From Takakia lepidozioides (lineage: Eukaryota; Plantae; Bryophyta), in assembly GCA_030704615.1 (NCBI GenBank), contig CM060731.1, positions 90,458,001 through 90,522,000 on the forward strand: a DNA stretch of 64,000 nt, read 5' to 3'. Shown piece by piece: positions 50,050-63,040 of this stretch. The notes under the pieces were generated by a model, which had not been told where the DNA came from, did not search any database, and saw only the letters and a list, made by a program, of their open reading frames with translations. The position numbers and the translations under genes were made by a program. How positions within the stretch are numbered: position 1 is the first letter of the stretch; each line of letters starts with the position of its first letter.

Positions 50050-52245
50050 GGATTCCCTTTGCCCCGTCAATGATTTCCCGAATCCTTGCTGAGGAGTTTG
50101 TGCATTGCATTCGGGCTCAACGTTGGTCATCAATAGTCAAGTTACACCGAGCAGCCTCTTTAGGTAAACGTAATACAGATGCTTGCATGGATAATACTTC
50201 CCTTTCTTTGATGCCATCAACGAAAAGTCCGTACAATTGCAGGTTGGCTCCACTCCAATTGTAATGGTGTATACGTCATCACGCATAGCTGAGCCGGCCG
50301 TTGCCATTCGATAAACACGCCCAAGGCCGGGTGCGGGTACGTCCCGGGAGCTCTGAATAGTACATGTCGTCCCAAGAGCATTGGCAATCCGAGTCTCATT
50401 CATCTTGTTGGGAGGGTGTCGTCCCTTCACTTTTCCGAATTGCGTGGTGGGATATGCAGAATTGTCCACTCCGTCTCTCCTGGACCTCGCAGTCTGCAAT
50501 GGCTGGGTCTGAGAAACTGGAAATGGGTGGCCCGGGATGTCTGTGCGTTGTACCATTCGAAATCCCGTTGCAGAAAGAGCATCCGCCTCATTCTGAGAGA
50601 GGTTGCAACCCGGTGCAACAGGCCAGACGACGGGAAGCTCCGGCATTCTCTGAATCCTGTACTTGGGCTTGCCAAATACACAAGTCATTATGTCATGCTA
50701 TAGAACCAGAACGTCTGCGTTGTGGCTGCAACAAATCTAGCAGTCAGAAAATCTGCCGCTGAAACAAGGTGCAGGTACAGCACCGTGTGGGTTCCTCCTA
50801 ATCATCTCTCCGTAGCATGCTCTCGTATCCACCTGGATGGCGCAACACTTCCCTCGAAATGCAAGCATTGTCTTGGCAATTCTCCACTGTGACTCCGACA
50901 CTCTTGAATGTTTATTGTCGGCATGTTGGTGTCGGAGTCCAGACACATATCCTACAGTTACACATTCTCAGGTTAGAAGCAAGTTACAAAGCATTGGCAT
51001 CCATAATATTGTTGGGGACGTAAAATCGTTCAACTCACCTCCCGCATATACTCGCCAAACTGGAGGAAACGATAATGTCACCAAGCAAGCCAACTGACCA
51101 TTGCTCCCTTGTCTTCTTTCTTTACAACACCTGAAGTTGTCCACCAAGCCCGTATACATGCAAACTTTGTCTCTGCATCATCCAAAGTGGGAGCATTCTT
51201 CCATGCAAGACACATGGAACGGTGGTCCTCTCTGAAAGCTAGCGCCACGAGTTTGGTTGTGTATTGCAACAAGCTCTGTAGAAAATAGAACCCACAAGAT
51301 CTCTCTTTTCCTTCCATTGAAACATTCGGGCCTTCCCTGTACACCTTTTGGACTGCAGCCCAATTTGCTTGTGCGTTGTCTGCCGTGAAACCACGAAAAT
51401 TCGGCGGGGGCAACCCCGCCCTGACCATCAACTTTATTCCCTGCCAAAGGTGCATCTACGATTGTGTGTCCTCCCTTTTCATCTCACAAATAGCAATGGT
51501 CATTAGCATTCTGCAGTGGGGGTCATAGACATGTGCAACCATTGTCACCCACTCGTGATTTGTAATACGCTTTATATGGTCGAACATGACCCAATTGTTT
51601 GACAAGTCTCCACTCGTCATCCGGCGGGCCAGATCCACGCCGCTGCCAGGACCACACGTTGACATTTTGAATATGAAACAACAATCTGCCTCACTCCCTT
51701 GTCTTGGAAACCGACTTCCATGAATGAAGTCATATCCACATCGTCGCTTCACCTCCAGAATGGACTGCATATCCGAGCCCTCGCCCAATTTTCTGTTTGC
51801 AGGAGACAATGTGATTTCTAACATTCGGGGAACAGACGTGGGACACTGATTCCAGGAATGCGTCCATTTCATTCTCATCGAGAATAACTCTGTTGGAGCC
51901 ATCTTCCGACATTATTCTACCCAATGCCATCTTGTGGGCGGCCTGCAGCTGTATCTGTTTCGGTTTGGCACCAGGTCTGAACTTCACCTCCTCCTGTATG
52001 AGGTGCTCTGCTTCCTAGGCAACCTCTCGCGAGTTCCCCCTCACCAATTTGTGACAGTGCACACCAATGTATATGCAAGCTCGCATGAGGTCTGGCAAAA
52101 GGCTACACACACAATACTGCTTGGCATTACAAACATACATGCAAACGGGTGGTACTTTGCATGCCATGAAAACCATCTCAGATTGTCCTCCTCTCTTAGA
52201 ACTCTTGTTAAACAAACATGCCAACTCAGTGCCAACCGTCACTAA
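50050..52245 (-). pseudogene. MULE transposase DDE core plus SWIM (family A type)
   Basis: VMFDHIKR..WVTMVAHVYD..IAICEMKRED, FRGFTADNAQANW, RSCGFY (Cx2H position), then the SWIM PTCNCTDF..PCKH. Stops present. Confidence 0.8.
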
Positions 52246-52343
52246 GAGTCATGATCCCAAAGTCGTCAAGCAGTCCTACGCTAAGTTCAAAGTAGGCGAT
52301 GATTTTGATAATTTCTTGAGATTCTTTAAACTAAGTATGAAAC

Positions 52344-52812
52344 GAGGTTAGCTATTTCATGAGCATGAGCGGCATGAGCGGAGAAATAAGACAATCAGTT
52401 TTCATGAGCAGAAATCTAAAATTTGGGAATGCGGTAGGATTAAAATATTAAAAATAATATTTTAATGGAATGTATCAGAAAAATAATGATGTAATATTCA
52501 TTATGTGAAACTGAAAATGTCATTTTGAGAGCCGTGCTCATGAAAAAAAATTTGCGCTCATGGCAAATGCAGTTGAGATCTGGAAAAATAGTGCCGAATT
52601 GCGCGGTAATAGGTTCCAGAACCCTGGAAAGTGACAACGCATTTTGCGGTAATAGGTGCCTCCCCGGAAAAATGGTGCCAAATTTCGCGGCAATAGGTCC
52701 CTGCCATTCAAGTAGTTTGGCCCCAAAATTGGAAATGCGGCGCCGAAATTCCAGAGATGGTGCCTAGAACTGCACCAAACTTGGGCACTTTTTGGCCACA
52801 TAACTGGAAATG
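52344..52812 (-). repeat. Displaced right terminus and subterminal region of a MULE-A-type element
   Basis: GAGGTTAGCTATTTCATGAGCATGAGCGGCATGAGCGGAG is the reverse complement of 29956-29995; similarity extends to ~29535. Confidence 0.85.
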
Positions 52813-53153
52813 CTCCAAATGCTCCTATGAAAAGACCCAAGTACATTACATCAAAAGGTTGAACAAAAGTGGGAAAATGCAGCAACATATCACAAAGATC
52901 TTGCAGATCCAAACCGTTAGGGTGATTGATCCCTCTTGATGTAGTACCAGGTTGTGTTTCTGGGCTAGGCATTGAGTCATCACCAAATATCTCCTCAATG
53001 CCTTCCTTCCACTCAAACATTTTGGCGTTCTCAATTTTCAGCAGTTTCTCTATCTCACGTTCTCTCTACACAGAAGTACTGGGAAACCATTGCTTTACTT
53101 CAGAGTCATTGTATCATAACACAAGTACACATTGGATCACTCTGATCACACAC

Positions 53154-53571
53154 TGATACCTCCTAAGTTGCTCAAAAGAGCCGTTTACAGCCTACGGTCG
53201 TTAATGACCGTTACCTAATTGCCTACGCAACCTGAAAGGGTTGTAAAAAAAGTGGCCCGTGGTAGTGTCCCATGGTCATGTGTCATAGTGGCACATGACC
53301 CACGACCACTCACTACTTAGCCTAGAAAAGCCTATGCATCCCTGCTGGACCGTGGTCGCATGATATCATGGTTCACGGCCCACGGTTACTACACTACGCA
53401 CTTCTGCCCGTCGTGGTAGCATTGTTCCCATCTACTCCGTTGCTAAGTGGCGAGCACTTAGCCGTTCCTCCATTGTGGCCGTGGTAGTGTGAAGTCGATC
53501 ACTACCCCCCCACTGACCTGCCGTGGCTCGAGCTGCCATGCTCTCGCAACATTGACACTTAGTCGTTATCA
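53154..53571 (-). repeat. LTR (418 bp, TGATA...TATCA) with adjacent polypurine tract
   Basis: 5-bp inverted ends; a minus-strand G-rich PPT (GAGG...GGATAAA) abuts at 53572-53587. Confidence 0.7.
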
Positions 53572-54830
53572 TTTATCCCCCCCCCTCATTTGAAATTGTG
53601 TCCACACAATTTTGTCAGTACTTGTTCTTGTTCTGTCTCCTTGGGGGGATGTATGGTGGTGGCATGCCCGTTTGCTGGTTGGGAGGTAAGTCCCAAGTCG
53701 GTTTTGGTGGCAACTTCTTGTTGCGGTTGTCGTCACTAATTTCCTGTGTCATTGCCGTCTTCTTGGTGGGGATGAAATGGGCCATTTTACTGAACCTATC
53801 CATCGCCACCATGATTGTATCAAATCCTTTTGACAATGGCAAGCTCGTCATGAAATCCAGTGAGACACTCTCCCAAGGCTCTTCTGGAATCGGCAAAGGT
53901 TGTAACAGCCCCGCTTGCTTTTTGTACTCACTCCGGTTTTGTTGACATGTGGTGCATGTCTTAACATACTCCGCGGTCTCCTCCCTTAGTTTGGGTCAGA
54001 AATACTTCTTCTTCAACAGTGCCACTGTGTGCTTGGTCCCGCCATGGCCCACAAGCCGACCATCATGACACTCCCTCAAAAGACTTTCTCCTGAGCCCTC
54101 CCTTCGGCACATAGAGACGCTTTTGTTTGTACCGGAGCAGTCCATTCTGCAATTGGAACTGCGCCTTAACCCCTAGCCTCAAGTCCTGCATCACGGACTT
54201 AGCCCACTCGTCCTTTCGATGAGCGCTCCGTATCCTCCTCCTTTGCAATTGTGTCCCATCCTTGTACACCAACATGAGCTGTTGCTTCCTACTCAAAGCA
54301 TCGACCACCACGTTGTCCCGTTCCGACTTGTACTGGATATCCATGTCAAACAATGCCAAAGTATCTTGCCGGGGGGCACGGCGCCCTAAATCCAAGGGCT
54401 GGCGCCTCATCGCGCCGGGGCCAGCCAGATTTCGCCATGTGCACCACCCTCCACCGTCAGATCGTCAGACAGAGCGGGATGGACCTTATTTGTTTTGGGG
54501 ACAACTTAGGTTGCATGACAAAATACTTCACCGTGACATTGTCCGTGAACACCTTCACCGGGTTGGAACCAACATAGTGGCGCCAAAGCTCAAGGCAGTG
54601 CACCACCGCCTTCATCTCCTTTTCATGCGTAGGCCACCGCCTCTCCACCTCATTCAATTTCTTACTTTCATAAGCCACTGGGTGCCCATCCTGCATGAGA
54701 ACACCCCCAATTGCGAAGTCCGATGCGTCTATGTGAATCTCAAATAGACGGTCGAACTTCGAGATCTTCAAGACTGGAGCTTCCGCCATCCTCTGCTTCA
54801 ACTCGGCAAATTCTTGGCCACAAAAAGTGT
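53572..54830 (-). mobile_element. Ty3/gypsy pol remnant: RNase H and truncated integrase
   Basis: DASDFAIGGVLMQ..AYESKKL..EKEMKAVV..FTD; DALSR; GHGG..CTTCQ; PWESVSLDF..DRFSKMAHF. A ~110-bp insert lies at 54371-54482. Confidence 0.95.
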
Positions 54831-57027
54831 TCCACACCCACACCTTGACGACGAAACGTGACAACGATGACGTGGCACAAAGACACCATATTCCTGCTCT
54901 ACGCTAAAACTAGTCTTCGACCTTTGATCATCACTAGAATACCTAAAAATGGACTTCAGACCCGCGTGGGGCCAACCAATACATGGGCGTCTTCACGGAG
55001 ACTGCGCGGATGTGAGGCGCTAGACTAGGGGGCGCGGCTGCAGGTGGGTGGTGGGCCACGTAGGCGTACATGGCCCGGGCGCATTCAACTCCCCGACCTC
55101 TTCTATACCTCTTCTATTACTTCCCGAGTGGCCAAGTGATGGTATGGTGTCCTCAAGGGTCATGGCCAAGTGATGGTATGGTGTCCTCAAGGGTCATTGA
55201 ATGAGCGTGCACTTCTAATGGCGCCACACTTGTGGACCCCCACAGCTGAGCCGTCACTCCCTACCTACCTATCTACCTACCTACGGCGCAGTCTGTTGTG
55301 TAGGTAGGTAGGGCCCAAAATAGTGACAGAAAGTGGTCGCGGGTTCAAAGCCTCGAGGTGGTGCGTTTGGTGCGCTTTCTTGGGTGCAGCAGGCGGAGGC
55401 AGCGGCAGTGTGGCTCGCGTTAAATGTGAACAAGTGAGGTCAGTGAATCGCACTCGACGATTCGCAAGGAAGGCACAATGATTACCCATATATATATATA
55501 TATGTAGTCTCCCCAAGGAAGCGTAAATTATGATGTCTCTTGACCCGGAAGGGCTACTGCCTTCCGGCAGGAAGGTGGACACTGGACACCTTTGGGACAC
55601 CAATAGATGGATTGAACCCAAAACCACTTCCGAGGTGGTATGCGCCCTACAACTTGGTACCCACACTGTGTACCAGACTGAAGGCTTCAGCTACTGTTCT
55701 GCGGGAAAGGTTCTCTCACACACAGCCGAGGCCGAGTTGGGAAACTGAACACGAATCACGAACGTGTGATGTGTTGCCTGAGTGAGGGACGAGCAAAAGC
55801 AGCGAAAAAGTGGTGGTGGGAAAAGGGTCGGCACACTCCTCTCTTTCTCTCTCTTTCCGACCTGTCTCTCAGGACTCTATTTCCCTGTCGGCGTAAGTCT
55901 ACTTTCTACTTTCTCGTGGACTGCTGTCTCTTGCTCTGGGTGGGGTGGTAATTTTGTTCCCGGATGTTTAACATTTGAGACTGAACTTTTTCCTTCTTCC
56001 CCGACTTTCTCCCAGCTCCCTGAAAGCTCTGCTGCTCTGAACTTTTTTCCTGATCTCTGGTATGCAGCATGGAAGACATGAAACATTGAATCCACCCCCC
56101 TCGTTTGACTCACGGTGCTGGAACCTCTCTTCTTCGCTATGTCTTAGTTGTGTCTAGCGTAGCTCACGTTGAGTCCTGTGTCCCGCTCCAGCTCTTGTAC
56201 AGGTCAGTAGCCGTAGCGTGCGAGTTCTCAGCTGAGGTACCTTTCCTTTGCCTAGCCTATCGCTTTCAGAATAATATTTCGGTATTCGTCACTAATCTGG
56301 CTATTGTTTGCTTCTTATACGCCCAATTGTTGGCCTCATCACCCTCGTCGGATGCGTGAACCATACTGTTTTCTCTGGATAATGATTTGTACGAGAGGTC
56401 AGACAGTGCGTTCCAGTGACATGTATGAGTTTGACCGCTCGTTTGTGGCTCATCGATGTAGAGTTTATCGTGAGAGACTGGAAGCTGAAGTTGAGTGCCA
56501 CGTTTTGTGCTTAAAATCTGTAGTCAGGTCACTGTAGTCAGCTTGGAGTTCGTAGAACTAGAGGTGGCATGGTCGCTTTGAATCCTCTCCATTCACCAGA
56601 GCTTAGAAGCAGAGAAACTTGCGGGAGATGGGCGACCTTCAAGTGGTACAATCTCAACAAAAGGAGTCTCGGTGATTGAGAAGGCAGATGCTCCGAATGC
56701 TTTTAAAGTTCGCAGGGTCAGTGTATGTGCGAAACGGGCAATCTTGTGATCCAACTCTGCTAAGAAACACCCCAAATGGTGGCGGCTGATCCCTTCTCTC
56801 ATTGGCGATCTCCCCTGCCAGTTGCCTCGTCTGGCTCTTTCTCATCTCCAAGTGCCAGCTTTCCAAACTGGCGATAGTCGCAGCCTTAGAAGGACTATTT
56901 CAAGCTTCCACAGTGGACTGCATGGTTCCTTCTCCGAAAGCTGCCTATAGTGATTACTTCCCAGGAAAACTGGCTTGCATTCTCCTCGGAGGACTTCCTA
57001 CAGTAGAAAGAGGACGTGAAGGCATAA

Positions 57028-60000
57028 ATGGCTAAGAAAGAAGGGAGTTTTAATGCATGGCTACAACGAGTGAGGCGAACTGGCGAGTTTAGCGACGTCC
57101 ACGTTCGTGTGAATGGGGAGGAATTCCATCTTCATATGCTACCCCTTCTGAATGCAAGCGCATATTTTCGTAATCTACCCAGCAGCTCAAATGGATCACC
57201 CCATCCATGCGAGGATGGTTACAGAATAGTCACCATCCTCGATTTACCAGGTGAAATTTACTTGTGCTCTCATGTTCTGTGGATATCACGGACTGGGCAT
57301 GATCATGCCAACTGTAAGCTGCTAGTTGATGGCCAGCCACAGTTTGTCTCATTGGCAGCCCTCTGCAGATATCTGTGTCTGTCTCTCTTTGATCTTTCCT
57401 CTTGTTGATAGCCGATTCTGCTCTCTCCCGCTGCTTGTCTCTGTCGTCCAGTTCACTCCAAGCAGGCTGACTGCTGTCAAATCTGAAGACAACATAATCA
57501 TTCTCATCTAAGCTTGCTACCGCCCAGGACCTACAAGTAATCCTCTTTCTTTTTCTTCTTGCTACAACAACTGGCTTCCTTCATCGCTCTTAGATGCATT
57601 TGTCAGGTTTGTTGTTGGGGATGTTCATAACCTCATGTGTTGGAACTTCAGGTGGAGTAGAAGGGTTTTCTGTGGCAGCTGACTTTTGCTACCTTATTAA
57701 ACCCAGCTACACGGTGCAAAGCATCGCACACATTCGCGCGGCAGCAGAGTTCTTAGGGATGACAGAAGTTCTGGAAAGTACTAAAAGGTTCCTGTATGCC
57801 AACGTTTTTGCTCACTGGCGAGCAAGTATATCCTTCCTTCAGCAATATCAGCAGTTGGGTTCTCCAGTTGATGAGTATGTGGAGTCCCGGTGCCTGAAAG
57901 TTATTGTGGGTGCATGCTCAAAGGCCTTTGGAGAAACAAAGTATCTATCAGCCCCTATGGCCCTGACATCTGTGACTTCGGGAACCTGGCAAAGCTCCCC
58001 TTGCCAGGCTCTAACAGAGATTCTTGTGCGAACTGCATCCTTACCAGATGCCTACGTGTCAGAGGCTGTTAATTCTCTGGTGGATTCAGAGGTGAATCTG
58101 AACTTGAAATGCAGGCAGGGAAGAAATGTCCGGAGCTGGTTGAACAGTGTGATTTCTGATGATTGCCAGACGGATGGGGCGCAGTGCTGGGTGCTACTCT
58201 GCTTGTCAAGGATGCTTCTGAAAGGGGCTCCTGAGACTCGGCCATGGATGGAGCTTTCTTCACAGTATTGGTGCAGTCTGCTGGAACATGTTGATCATAT
58301 GGTGGATCTGGTAGATGAGGCTATGCAGGTAGCATCTTTTGGAACCTGTTGTTTTTGGACTACCTGCTCCTTTCCCTTTTCAAGAAGGGTAGCGTGTTTC
58401 AAAACTATTATTACAAGGATGAGACAAGCCCTTGTGCTGTAGGGATCAGTCCATCAGTATGTCTATCTTCAAAATGTGTGGAAAACGTTAATCACTTCTC
58501 ATTCGTAAGTTCCAAATTGGGTGAGAGCCTTCTGCAGTAGTAGTAACCCTCATTCTCAGTCCAGCTTTTCCTTGAACTTCCGGGGCATGTTGTCTACGAG
58601 TACACACTCTCTTTCTTTTCATGGCTGCTATGACTCCCTTTCTTTCTGTCTCCCTTCCAGCACCATCAAGTAGCCAAATTTGGAGGTTCTGTCGCATCTC
58701 AGCACAGTGACAGGTTTTTAGGCACCATGTGTGCCTCAGAATGTAATCAATGTTTACTGAGTCTGGTCTGATGTACAGTTGTCAATCTTCTCATGTGCTA
58801 AAGTAGGTTAGTCACTACTGGAACATTGGGATACCTCTTGGTTGTTGCAACGCTCTCGGCAGGACAAGTTTGTTGAAAAAGGCTTAGGAAGAAAGGTGGA
58901 GAAAATGGAGAAGTTTGGGTTGGTTGGGGGGTAGGGGGGAGGGGGGGAGGGGGTGCTGGAGAAAGAAATTAGCCAGCTGACATACTTGATGAATGCAGGT
59001 GAGACTGAGGGGAGTGAAGACAGTACTGGAACAGAGAATAGGGGCGAGCTTGGATGAGCTGGATGAATATTTGCATGTATACAAATTTGGGCCTGAGACA
59101 CTGATGTCCATGGTGGGACACTTTGTGGATGAGGGCGGGCCCAGTGATCAATCTCTTGAAGAGATTGCTGGTGAGGTTGATGGATTCCTGTGGACATATG
59201 CTGAGACCGGGTCCATATGTTTAGACACCTTTCTCTCCCTATTCAAGGTAAAATGCACGACACCTACCTGCAAAACTGATGAGAAATCACATTTAAACTG
59301 TCAGGGTTCTGACAAGGTCCCCTGTTTGGTCGTTGGTGCAAAGAGTCCTCTCACTCTCTCCCGAGTCCTCTGGGCCTCCTCTCTATCTCTCTCTCCATCT
59401 CATGGGTGCATTATCTCTCTCATGGGCCTCCTGTGGATATTCATTTTACAATGGTTCCTGTGTCTTGTTCATGTCACTGTTAAAAAGAACACTGTCCTCA
59501 GGGGTGCTATGACAAGCTTATTCCAGTAGCATAATCTCCAGCTCTCACTACAACCAATCTCAGGTAGAAGCTTTAATGATCCAGTTAATTAAAACTGAGT
59601 TGAAAGGGTAGTGAGGCAAGCTAGCTGACTAGTCCAATCCTGTTCAAATTAGGGTTTCCTGAGACTTCTGAACAATACTGAAGTAGTTTAGACAGCAAGC
59701 TGTCGATAAAAACAATATGGTTTGTGCACTGATTTTGTGGGCCATTGTCATGGAGTGTCCAGGCATTTCCGTGTGACTCGCGCCGCTCCCATGACACAGT
59801 CTATGGCGCAATTGAAAAACTACTTGCAAAGAAGCTAGATTGCTCACCTGAGGAAAGGCAGCGGCTATGGAGGATGGTGGACCATTCCAAGCTCAGCCCG
59901 GCCATGAATGAAAAAGCATTGAACAACCCAGTGTTTCTCAGCCAGCCACACATACTGGAGAGTGTGCTGCAGCATCACAGTGAAGAGCTCTCAAAGGTGG

Positions 60001-60305
60001 CTGATACTGATGGGCAAAACCTGCGTCACATAATGCAGAAAGTGATAAATGCTAGCCTAAAGCTACTTGAAGAGAATTCACGCCGGTCAAGAGAGATAGT
60101 TGAGTTGCAGAGACAATATGCTGCTCTGCTAGGGGGCAAGATCTGCCACCTGCGGGACAGCTGCGATAACAGTCCTGACATGTTTCAAAAATCAAACGGT
60201 GAGTTGGGCCTCAGATCACTCATGCGTGAGAGCGAGACAGAGGGATCAGAGATCTCTGAAACACCATCTATTGCTACCGTCAGCTCGATAGGTGCGCCCT
60301 TTTAG
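57028..60305 (+). CDS. BTB/POZ-NPH3 (NRL-like) protein; exons 57028-57250, 57652-58328, 58999-59247, 59763-60305
   Basis: SDVHVRVNGEEFHLHMLPL; DLPG|GVEGFSVAADFCY; RAAAEFLGMTE; RRSHDTVYGAIEKLL..ERQRLW..VDHSKLS; C-terminal coiled coil. All introns are GT-AG and the frame is preserved. Confidence 0.9.
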
Positions 60306-61532
60306 CAAAGAATACTGAAGAATAGTCTTCTAACAAGCCCACCCCACATCTGCTCTGGGCTGAAGGCAGCTACGACTCTTGCTGCAGCTTCTTCAGCATA
60401 TGACAAGTCTCTCTGTAATGGTAGACACCTGGCTGGGTGAACATGATTGGGCAAGTTCACTATGCTGGGTAACACATTGGGAGTTGACTCTTTAATACGT
60501 GACAGGTTCATGGAGGGCAGGGTGTCCCATGATTAACGGTCATTTTGCAGTGTTTGAGTGGACATCCTGCGCATACAAACAATCTTTCCAAGTGGCAAAG
60601 CTGGACAGACCTCGGGAAACTGCTTGACCTGCATCAATGTGGGAACTTTAGTCTCCTCTCTCTTCTGGACTCGCCGACTCTACCTTATGGAAAGGAGGGA
60701 ATGGATAAACATTACAGCAGCAGTAAAGCAGAGAAGAAAAGGTGGTGGCCTGGCCTTGGTCTTCCTTAAGCTTATTGAACGGGTCCTGTGCTACACCATT
60801 TCAGTCATGCCCACTAGTCTTATAACAGTTTATGGGTCAAGTGTAGATGGGAGACAAAAGGGTATTTTCAAACGGGTTGGCCGGGGGGTGGGTGGGTGGG
60901 AGAGGATGGTGTATTGGTGTGTGGATTCGATAGTGTTTCTCTTTTGACAGACTTGACCACCGCGTATGCCAAGTTTGAGTTTGTAGTGAATTGATATAAT
61001 GTGTATACAAAGGAAGATTGTGTCCCAACGAACGAAGCCTCATTGAGTTTGTAACATTGTAAAAGATTTCTTCGGATTATCTGTCACGGTTCATCGCTTG
61101 TGTTGGCCTTATGGCGGCCTATGGCCTTTAAGGGTTTTAATTTTTTTTCCCTTTAATAATCTTCTTAATAAAGTTTACCCAGGGCACCGCTCCCTGTTTC
61201 ATTATTTATTTTATTTTATTTTTTAAAAAAAGATGTTAGAAAACTTAAGCAGCTGCTCTTTCAAATATTGAAGTTTTGAAATTACCCCATGTTGATTCTG
61301 TTTGTTGGTAAGGGTAGAGCTTCTTAGATTGGGATGAAGATGGGGAGGTAATTCCGTTGGGTTTATTCGCTCCTCCTTGAGCACCTTGTCCATCAGTGCT
61401 CGGGAGTGACTGCTCAGGCCCTTGAGGAGGGGGGAAATTTTAACCCCCTTTCATATGAGTCAAGAGGAAACGTCACCCAAGACCGACCTCTCACAAAACA
61501 AAGCACACCGGCAGTTTTCTTCTTTTTCTTTT

Positions 61533-61845
61533 TGGGCTGGAAAACAAGTGCGCCTCAACACACACTTGTTTTGCAGCAACCCCAACCCTCTCATATAGTC
61601 TCTGCTATCTATTGTACTGTTGAGCTCTCTGTCATGTTGTAGCACAGACGATATAAAACGTGTAGGTTGTTGGAAAAAATGCATGCGTTGACCGCATACC
61701 TATTTTCCAGCCCAAAAACAAATCTCTCGTCTCTGTTGCCTATTGTATTGTTGAGCTCCTATTATGTTGTAGCAGAGACGACATAAAACGTTTGGGTTGC
61801 TGGAAAAAATGTGTGCGTTGAAGCACGCTTGTTTTCCAGCCCCTA
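61533..61845. repeat. MITE-like short element(s) with GGGCTGGAAAA...TTTTCCAGCCC inverted ends
   Basis: Inverted ends at ~61533 and ~61713; a partial second copy ends at ~61842. Confidence 0.5.
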
Positions 61846-63009
61846 TATATATAACAAGTGTGTGTCAATGCACACTTGTTTTTGCAGGACCTACATTGAA
61901 TGCTTTTGACGAGCAATATTGGCGTTGCCATGTTTTCCTTTTGTAACTTCTTCCTTTGAAATGTCGAGGTTTGTGGAACAAAAGAGGGGTACCTGCTTCA
62001 GGCACTTCAGCTGACAATTCTGGTCAGTCCCGTAACATAGACAATGCTGCAGTGGAAGAAGAAAACACTGCCTACATTACATATTTTCAGAAAGCATGGG
62101 ACTTCATTTCTAGTAATAGATATACCTAAACCTCCATTCATTTAGCTTTATCCATCCACATGGAAGGGAATATCAGCGCTGATATCTGATCCTTCAGTCT
62201 TGTATGGTACACCTATCTAGAAGGTTCATCACTCCATTCTCATGACTGCCCGGTGAAGTGCTCAAGTGGATTTGTCTCATGAATGTGTTGCATCACTTTG
62301 CTCCATTTCATTGCTCAAAACATGTTGCAGCCACTAAAACATGAATGACAAATGCTCAAACAAGTTCTCAGGAAAGTGACAAAAATGTACTCTCAAGAAT
62401 GTGCTTTTACTTCACATGCAACCCCAATGCTTCACCCAAGGTCTTCCTCCTCACTACCTCTTCCTCATCTGCTCCTCACATCCTCCATATCCTTACTCAC
62501 AACTCCAAAAAGCAAAATAATTGTTCCTTCTTCTTTGCTACCTAAATCCTCCAAGGCCAAGCTTATCTCCCCTGTCGTGCGCATACACATCGCTACACAA
62601 CTACAACGCTGTCCAAACCACACAATACATGCATACCACAAACCAGTCTGCCAACTAAACTCACACTGTCATGATACACAAACACAAAATACAATCACTC
62701 ATTAAAATAGGCAGTCGAGCCAGGGGCACCCCAAGCTCTGGGGACTCCACCCCACGACATCCTACTCTCCCTCCACAACTACACTCACACACTCACATGC
62801 TAAGCAGCGAGGGAGCTCTCGGTCGTGCAAGCTCAACTTGAGAGAGAGATGAGCCGCACAACTGACGAGCACGAGGATAAGATCTTCCAAATATCAAGTT
62901 TATTAACTGAGCAGCAGCAGTAGCTGCTGAGCACCACCTTCTCAGTCAACCCCCCCCCCCCCCCACCATTTTTTTTTTTTTTGGTTTGTTTTCTGATCTC
63001 TCCCTCTCA

Positions 63010-63040
<31 letters not shown>

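Noticed and set aside
55128-55197. ~35-bp tandem duplication
   Set aside because: Only two copies, with no associated structure.
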